A stretch of DNA of 64,000 nt. Origin: Ktedonobacteraceae bacterium (GTDB lineage Bacteria > Chloroflexota > Ktedonobacteria > Ktedonobacterales > Ktedonobacteraceae). Each line of letters opens with the position of its first letter. The first letter of the stretch is position 1. This document shows, piece by piece, positions 59,635 through 64,000 of the stretch. The position numbers and the translations under genes are program-made. The notes beneath the pieces are model-generated. The model did no database searches. It worked only from the letters and a program-made list of their open reading frames with translations, and was not told the origin of the DNA. The DNA is taken from contig DASRBN010000002.1 of NCBI GenBank assembly GCA_035653615.1, positions 1 through 64,000 of the forward strand, read 5' to 3'.

Positions 59635-60231
59635 CTACCCTGGCCGAAACGCCCGTGCCACATGCTCCCAAACGATTAGAGTGTAGGTGTTCTGTATCAG
59701 ATCGGAAATCAGCCGTGAGATGAATGCCTGCTTGCACCGATGCAGTGCCGAGGCATCAATCCAGGCATCCACCATCGCTCTCAACCCCTCGTGCAACGCA
59801 TCAGCTGCCGCATAGCCATTCGGAGCCTCATGCATCACTCTGCTCGCCCAATCCTGCACTTGGCGATCATCCAGGAGATTGCGGTAGAGCGTCATCGTAA
59901 AGAGGTTTTCACAAGTCTGCGCTTCTCCCACCAGTAATGCGACCAGGCCATCCCAATCCGCATACGCCAGCGCTGAACCAGCCAGGTCCCACACCAACAG
60001 TAACAGGCTCGCATCATGCTGCCTATTGCGACCAGGAAAGCGCGTGAGCCAGTGGTCCAATGCCAGCCTCACCCACATTTCTACCAGCCGACCAGCAGCA
60101 CCCTCATTCGGTTCATGGGCTACCAGTTCCACAAGCTCATTCATCAGTTGTTCCTCATTGCTGAGGTGCAGGTGTATCAGCCAGGTGAACTTGTTTTCCC
60201 AGCCGTTGTACGTGTTCAGTTCCAATTTCAC
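59635..60231 (-). CDS. Hypothetical protein (about 170–198 aa) of the integrated element
   Basis: Intact ORF with Trp/Leu-rich helical composition. Start is GTG 60231 or ATG 60144 (GAGGAA RBS). Follows the rep stop by 14 bp. Confidence 0.4.
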   Translation of the reverse strand: MKLELNTYNGWENKFTWLIHLHLSNEEQLMNELVELVAHEPNEGAAGRLVEMWVRLALDHWLTRFPGRNRQHDASLLLLVWDLAGSALAYADWDGLVALLVGEAQTCENLFTMTLYRNLLDDRQVQDWASRVMHEAPNGYAAADALHEGLRAMVDAWIDASALHRCKQAFISRLISDLIQNTYTLIVWEHVARAFRPG

Positions 60232-60244
60232 CTCACTTTCATCT

Positions 60245-61342
60245 TCAACTTGCCCAACGTCGTTGGTTACGCTGGTACGCCCAGATGTTAATCACGCGCC
60301 GCGACAGGTTGCGCCGCCCCTCATGCAGATCGATGAGCGCCTCTAACAAGGCCTTGCGGCACCGCCGCTTATACTCTTTATAATCCTGGGTGAATTCCTC
60401 ACACTGCACCAGTGCCCAGGATGACCGTTTGACTACCGGTGTGTCGCTCTCTCCAGGAATGCCAGCAGTATCACTCACTTCACTGGCCGCCGCATCACCT
60501 GCTGAAGCCTCATGCCCCGACTGTTCCATGGACTGCTGCTCAAGCTCAGCGAACAACCGGGCGCGGAGGTCAGATACCTTTTCAGGGAAGAAATGACGCG
60601 AGTAGCGAATGCGCCGAGCACGACTCACCAGTTCCACGGTGTAGCTCTGCCGTTCCTCAACCACCTTGCCTGTCTCATCCAGACCGATCACCGCTGCCTC
60701 CCGTTCTTCCCGCCGGATGCCCTTTTCACCCGCGGTCAGACTTTTCATGAGGTATTTCGTGACGTAGCCAATCACCTGGGGCTTGCGGATCGCTTCCACA
60801 TGCACGATATAGGCCACCCCATGCCGTGCCGAGCGCCAGGCTTCCTTGAGAATGTCATGCGGAATGAAATCCGCCCCCTTGACCAACAGATGCCAGTGAA
60901 ACCCATTCTCTTCAAAGTCGCTGTGCCGTTCCAGGACGGCAAAGTATTCGATGGCGTAGGCTTCACGCGCCCCAATGTGTTCACGCCCCCGACCTGTTGA
61001 ACCGCGCCGCAGGTATTGCAGAAAGGTAGTCAGCGCGCGGGCCGCTTCCTCAACCGTCTTGCCCGCTTTGCTGAGGGTAATGAACAGGGTCGGTTCTGCC
61101 GCTTTGACCAGTTGACGCCACTGATCGACTTTGCGTGGTCCACAAAAGAGACAATCCCAGCGATTACAGCGCGCACGAACGACTTCACCGGTCTCCTGAT
61201 TGATGAAGACGTGACGTAAAGCCCAGGCGTTGGGACAGAATAGGAGCGTTTCTATCCCGTGCTTTTCCGCCAGGTCTGCCTGCTCATGCAGGGGAAGTAT
61301 GGGAAAACGCGAAGCAGATGTTGTCTCAGTCTCATGTGCCAT
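60245..61342 (-). CDS. Rolling-circle replication initiator of the phiX174 gpA / RepSA (pSAM2) HUH family
   Basis: HUH motif FHWHLLVKG. Two-Tyr active-site motif YVTKYLMKS (compare phiX174 gpA YVAKYVNK). N-terminal Cys cluster CNRWDCLFCGPRK. Start re-placed at MAHETE (ATG 61342) after a GGGGGAGGTGG RBS. Confidence 0.65.
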   Translation of the reverse strand: MAHETETTSASRFPILPLHEQADLAEKHGIETLLFCPNAWALRHVFINQETGEVVRARCNRWDCLFCGPRKVDQWRQLVKAAEPTLFITLSKAGKTVEEAARALTTFLQYLRRGSTGRGREHIGAREAYAIEYFAVLERHSDFEENGFHWHLLVKGADFIPHDILKEAWRSARHGVAYIVHVEAIRKPQVIGYVTKYLMKSLTAGEKGIRREEREAAVIGLDETGKVVEERQSYTVELVSRARRIRYSRHFFPEKVSDLRARLFAELEQQSMEQSGHEASAGDAAASEVSDTAGIPGESDTPVVKRSSWALVQCEEFTQDYKEYKRRCRKALLEALIDLHEGRRNLSRRVINIWAYQRNQRRWAS

Positions 61343-61440
61343 AGCACCACCTCCCCCTTGGAACCGCACTGCTCAGGAGCAAAAAGAGGAACCCCTCAGG
61401 GCTTTTTGTCGTGAAGAACGAACCAGGACGTGTGTGACTT

Positions 61441-61560
61441 ACGCTTAGAAGGGTCAAGGGAAGGCCCCGGCGGTTGTACGACGTGCGGGCGGGGCCCCTT
61501 CCCCACCCGCCGCGTACAACCGCCACCCCGCCAGCCAGCACCCATCCCCACCACCCCAGG
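61441..61560. other. GC-rich structured non-coding region with nested inverted repeats, a candidate double-strand origin or attachment/regulatory region of the element
   Basis: Perfect 12-bp inverted repeat GGCGGTTGTACG...CGTACAACCGCC enclosing GCGGGCGGGGCCCCTTCCCC. Outer pairing GGGAAGGCCCCG/CGGGGCCCCTTCCC. Directly upstream of rep. Further upstream lies gcaaaaag-N15-ctttttgc. Confidence 0.4.
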
Positions 61561-61758
61561 CGAGCGAGCCGAACAGCGCAACCCGAACGTGGTTGGTCGG
61601 CAAGGCGGTGGCGAGAGATAGGCCCCCGCAACAGCCGCACCACCACCCTGATCGGCCAGCCCCCAACTAGTGCAGCCAGGCGAAACGCACCCAGCATACC
61701 ACGCGCCACAACGGAGCCACCCGCTTCCCCCGCCGCCGTCACCGTTTCATCAACCGTG

Positions 61759-62127
61759 TCATCTCACTCCCTCCTTCCCATGAGGGTGATGCAGCGACCT
61801 TCCATGAGACGGACGCACGGCCAGCCTTACCCCATTGCCACGATAAAGCAGCGAATGATCGCATGCCGCCGCCACATGCCCCGCTGAGCGCACCCCAGAC
61901 GCCCGCATCACCTGTTCAACCGCCACAAACGCACACGACGCCTCCGCGAACGTCGTGATCGGCAACGAGCGATACCCATCCGCACACTGCGCCCAGGCCG
62001 GCCAGATCGCCATATCCAAACGCATCGGGAACTTCTCTTTTCTCTCCATTTCCTCGCCATCACCAGGTGAGCAACCAGCGAGGAGAGAGCAGATGGCACC
62101 AATGGCTTGCTTGCCATGCGTCACCAT
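61759..62127 (-). CDS. Hypothetical protein (122 aa), start adjacent to the PrimPol stop
   Basis: ORF with ATG 62127 immediately after the PrimPol stop codon. Composition is GC-biased like its neighbours. No similarity recognised. Confidence 0.25.
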   Translation of the reverse strand: MVTHGKQAIGAICSLLAGCSPGDGEEMERKEKFPMRLDMAIWPAWAQCADGYRSLPITTFAEASCAFVAVEQVMRASGVRSAGHVAAACDHSLLYRGNGVRLAVRPSHGRSLHHPHGKEGVR

Positions 62128-63089
62128 CCTTCTTCTCGAATACGCCGCCACATCGCTTGTGGACTGACCTCATAGTACAAACACAGAAAATCAAACAGGT
62201 TGCCAGCCCGTTGCCAGGTGTAACAATACCAATGCGGGTCCGGCCCACCGAAGACCTGAAAGCTGGGACGCACATCCCCACGAGAATGATGCGCTTTGAA
62301 CGGACACGACCCCAGACCACGCTGATCGAGCACCACGTAGCGACCGATCACCTCGACCAGGTCTTGTGCCTGGCACCATGCTCGAATGCTCGCATACCTC
62401 CCATGGCTTGCCATAGGCGCACTCCCTCTCACCTCACCACTCTCCACAGGCCCCTTTCCTGCCGTTGTTTGCCCAGCCACCGCCACCTCTACAGGAACCG
62501 CCACCGGCTGGACCTGCTGACAGAGCCAGGTGCAGCACTCGGCCACCGTTTCCCCAACCGGCACCAGGTTCCCAGAGCTATCCATCGCAACAAAGGGATA
62601 CCAGCCACGACTGAGCCGATGCACCCCCAGGGGCAGTCGAATGAGCGACCCGGACCCACCAGGCGCGAGCATATCCTGCTTGGGATACAACTCGACCCCC
62701 AGCGCCACCGCAGAGGGCACGAGCCAGGCGCGTACTAAAGCGGCGGGCGTCGGTTCCCTCAGATGTACCCACAGATGCCCACCGCGCCGGCTGGCTTCCA
62801 ACACCGAGGGGATACCGGAGTGTGCCAGTTCGCAGGAGAGCGCCGCCAACTGCTCGAGACCCATTTCCCCATCGGCATCGAAGACGGCGAAACGGCACGT
62901 ACTCTGCGCATCCAGCAGGTACGTGCCCAGCGTCCACTGACCGCACAGATGCGCCGCCAAGAGCGACAGGGAAAGCGGTTCCTGCACCCGCCAGTAGGAG
63001 CCATCGCGCTGCTGCACAGCATACTGGTCAGCGCAGTGGACAAACAGCGCGGCATAGGCTGCCAGCAGCTCAGGCGCGACCGGTTCCAT
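62121..63089 (-). CDS. Primase-polymerase (AEP/PrimPol domain) with C-terminal DnaG-type CHC2-like zinc finger
   Basis: AEP motif I FAVFDADGE (DxD). Motif II RRGGHLWVHL (GxH). Motif III QDMLAPGGSGSLIRLPLGVH (RLP.G). C-terminus GSCPFKAHHSRGDVRPSFQVFGGPDPHWYCYTW...NLFDFL resembles the DnaG zinc-binding domain CPFHxExxPSFxV...HCFGCG. Start re-placed at MEPVAPE (ATG 63089). Confidence 0.65.
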   Translation of the reverse strand: MEPVAPELLAAYAALFVHCADQYAVQQRDGSYWRVQEPLSLSLLAAHLCGQWTLGTYLLDAQSTCRFAVFDADGEMGLEQLAALSCELAHSGIPSVLEASRRGGHLWVHLREPTPAALVRAWLVPSAVALGVELYPKQDMLAPGGSGSLIRLPLGVHRLSRGWYPFVAMDSSGNLVPVGETVAECCTWLCQQVQPVAVPVEVAVAGQTTAGKGPVESGEVRGSAPMASHGRYASIRAWCQAQDLVEVIGRYVVLDQRGLGSCPFKAHHSRGDVRPSFQVFGGPDPHWYCYTWQRAGNLFDFLCLYYEVSPQAMWRRIREEGW

Positions 63090-63357
63090 CGCCAGCTGCC
63101 TCCTGCACCAGCACCTGCAACCAGGCACACACCTCGTGCAGCGTCACGACCCCCAACGTGACAGCCTCACTGATCAGCAGGTCATACGACAACAGGAACA
63201 GCACAAACAGTTCCGGGAGCTGCTGTACCTGCTCGAGACAGCCTTGCCGTTGCGCTTCCTGGATGAGCGCACGCAGGGAGCGCCGGACTTGCGCACGCGC
63301 CGCCAGGCCGTCACGCCCACTACACCCGTGCAGATGTTCCTCTCCTGTTATCCCCAT
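63070..63357 (-). CDS. Hypothetical protein (95 aa) upstream of PrimPol
   Basis: Intact ORF. Its ATG lies inside the stop region of the upstream small ORF (8-nt overlap ATGGGGATAA). No similarity recognised. Confidence 0.35.
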   Translation of the reverse strand: MGITGEEHLHGCSGRDGLAARAQVRRSLRALIQEAQRQGCLEQVQQLPELFVLFLLSYDLLISEAVTLGVVTLHEVCAWLQVLVQEAAGDGTGRA

Positions 63358-63515
63358 CGCAGCCCCTCAATCGTCCCAGCAGGGACAACGACCATCACGT
63401 GTTGAACCGCTGGCCGTGCGTTCATGTTGGGGTAATGATGCGCTCCATAGAGTTGCCAGGCCAGCAACCCGATCACCAGGATCGTCGCCAGGTAGACGAT
63501 CAGACGAAATCGCAT
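63348..63515 (-). CDS. Small membrane protein (55 aa) not present in the ORF track
   Basis: MRFRLIVYLATILVIGLLAWQLYGAHHYPNMNARPAVQHVMVVVPAGTIEGLRWG. Strong RBS AAGGAG 7 nt before ATG 63515. One TM helix. Stop overlaps the next gene start. Confidence 0.45.
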   Translation of the reverse strand: MRFRLIVYLATILVIGLLAWQLYGAHHYPNMNARPAVQHVMVVVPAGTIEGLRWG

Positions 63516-63542
63516 AGGATACTCCTTTCTTTCTTACAAACT

Positions 63543-63986
63543 TCATGCTTCTTGCAGGTGCAGCTTGCCCTGAAACTGCTTGTAGGCCTCGATTTGCTCC
63601 AGGTAGTCCCGCGCACTGTTGTAGAGGCCCTCCCCCAACTCGGTGCCAGGGGCAGGAGCCGGTAACGGATACGCCTCCAGGTGGGGAATGGAGAGACTGA
63701 GTTCCTGTTGCACCGCGTGCCAGAGGACTTGCAAGCGCTCGCTGTAGCCGGCCATGCGCCCGGCGAACTCCTCCCGCAACTGTTCGTAGTCGGCCCGCAA
63801 CGCCTCCACATCAGCAGCGTAGCGGCCCGTCACCTGCTGCCAGATGCTCGACAACTCGCGCTCTAAGGCATCTTCCGCTTGCTGGACCCGTCCAGACAGC
63901 GAGGTGTCATAGTAGCACGCGATGCATTGTTGCAGCAGGGCTTGTAACTCCCCTGGATAGAGCGCTTCCAGGGCATCCAACTCCAC
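63543..63986 (-). CDS. Hypothetical protein (147 aa or more; may extend past the window edge)
   Basis: Intact ORF on the element strand. Helical Gln/Glu/Leu-rich composition. No similarity recognised. Confidence 0.35.
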   Translation of the reverse strand: MELDALEALYPGELQALLQQCIACYYDTSLSGRVQQAEDALERELSSIWQQVTGRYAADVEALRADYEQLREEFAGRMAGYSERLQVLWHAVQQELSLSIPHLEAYPLPAPAPGTELGEGLYNSARDYLEQIEAYKQFQGKLHLQEA

Positions 63987-64000
63987 GGCTCCCTCCCCAT

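Larger units (their letters stand above)
57667..64000 (-). mobile_element. Integrated pSAM2/AICE-like element, one arm only (runs off the 3' window edge): int, xis, two hypothetical genes, RepSA-like rolling-circle initiator, structured ori-like region, PrimPol, small-protein operon
   Basis: Integrase and excisionase lie at the end of a co-directional block. A RepSA-type HUH initiator lies upstream, as in pSAM2 repSA-xis-int. GC content and GC3 are visibly higher than in flanking genes. The genes have no homologues in housekeeping context. No tRNA lies at the int-proximal junction. Confidence 0.65.

Noticed and set aside
61332-61887. ORFs 61332–61742 (minus) and 61474–61887 (plus) in the GC-rich region upstream of rep
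   Set aside because: The translations are extreme low-complexity (Gly/Arg/Pro/Ala). They have no RBS and overlap each other. The region is better explained as structured non-coding origin or regulatory DNA.

Overview
This 64 kb window is high-GC chromosomal DNA of actinomycete-like or Chloroflexota-like character, with a Ktedonobacteria-type gene repertoire. That attribution is tentative and rests on gene content only. Coding density is high on both strands.

Layout from 5' to 3':
- 1–2.7 kb: the 3' end of an RHS/YD-repeat polymorphic toxin gene, then a secreted IPT/TIG + PQQ beta-propeller repeat protein.
- 2.9–5.8 kb: tldE(pmbA) and tldD.
- 6.3–8.1 kb: an S53 sedolisin lipoprotein.
- 8.1–13.6 kb: an orphan LuxR-type response regulator, a membrane-anchored bacterial dynamin-like GTPase, an SPFH-domain membrane protein and ricT.
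- 13.6–17.9 kb: a long minus-strand array of an ANTAR response regulator, a disordered membrane protein, a GlcG-like protein, a lipoate-ligase-family protein and tgt.
- 18.3–23.9 kb: a double zinc-ribbon protein followed by two tandem long RelA/SpoT-homologue (RSH) genes. The first has an intact HD hydrolase domain; the second has every HD metal ligand substituted.
- 23.9–29.3 kb: a primary-type sigma-70 factor, then dedA, dut, a J-domain protein, a gamma carbonic anhydrase, proline dehydrogenase and a small hypothetical protein.
- 29.6–37.1 kb: three consecutive membrane proteins that share one architecture of N-terminal cytoplasmic zinc ribbon, one TM helix and an extracellular beta-sandwich repeat region. 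Two are giant (761 and 1177 aa).
- 37.4–51.6 kb: a division and cell wall (dcw) cluster of mraZ, rsmH, ftsL, ftsI, a small acidic ORF, ftsW, murG, murC, murB, ftsQ, ftsA and ftsZ. It lacks murE, murF, mraY and murD. A candidate MraZ operator lies upstream.
- 51.6–57.5 kb: a membrane protein, a HAD hydrolase interrupted by a single in-frame TGA, a PadR regulator translationally coupled to a PP2C phosphatase, and an OmpR-type two-component system.
- 57.7–64.0 kb: the left part of an integrated pSAM2/AICE-like element running off the window edge. It carries int, xis, two hypothetical genes, a phiX174-gpA-like (RepSA-type) HUH rolling-circle initiator, a GC-rich structured putative origin region, a PrimPol with a C-terminal DnaG-type zinc finger, and a small operon of hypothetical genes that includes a 55 aa membrane protein absent from the ORF track.

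Three intergenic loci carry copies of a palindromic element with core TGTCATTCTGAGCGCAGCGAAGAATCT arranged as inverted pairs (REP/MITE-like). Several convergent gene pairs are separated by exceptionally long perfect-stem bidirectional terminators. No rRNA, tRNA or CRISPR array was found.

The ORF track renders GTG and TTG starts as M, so several starts were re-placed using homologue N-termini and ribosome-binding sites.
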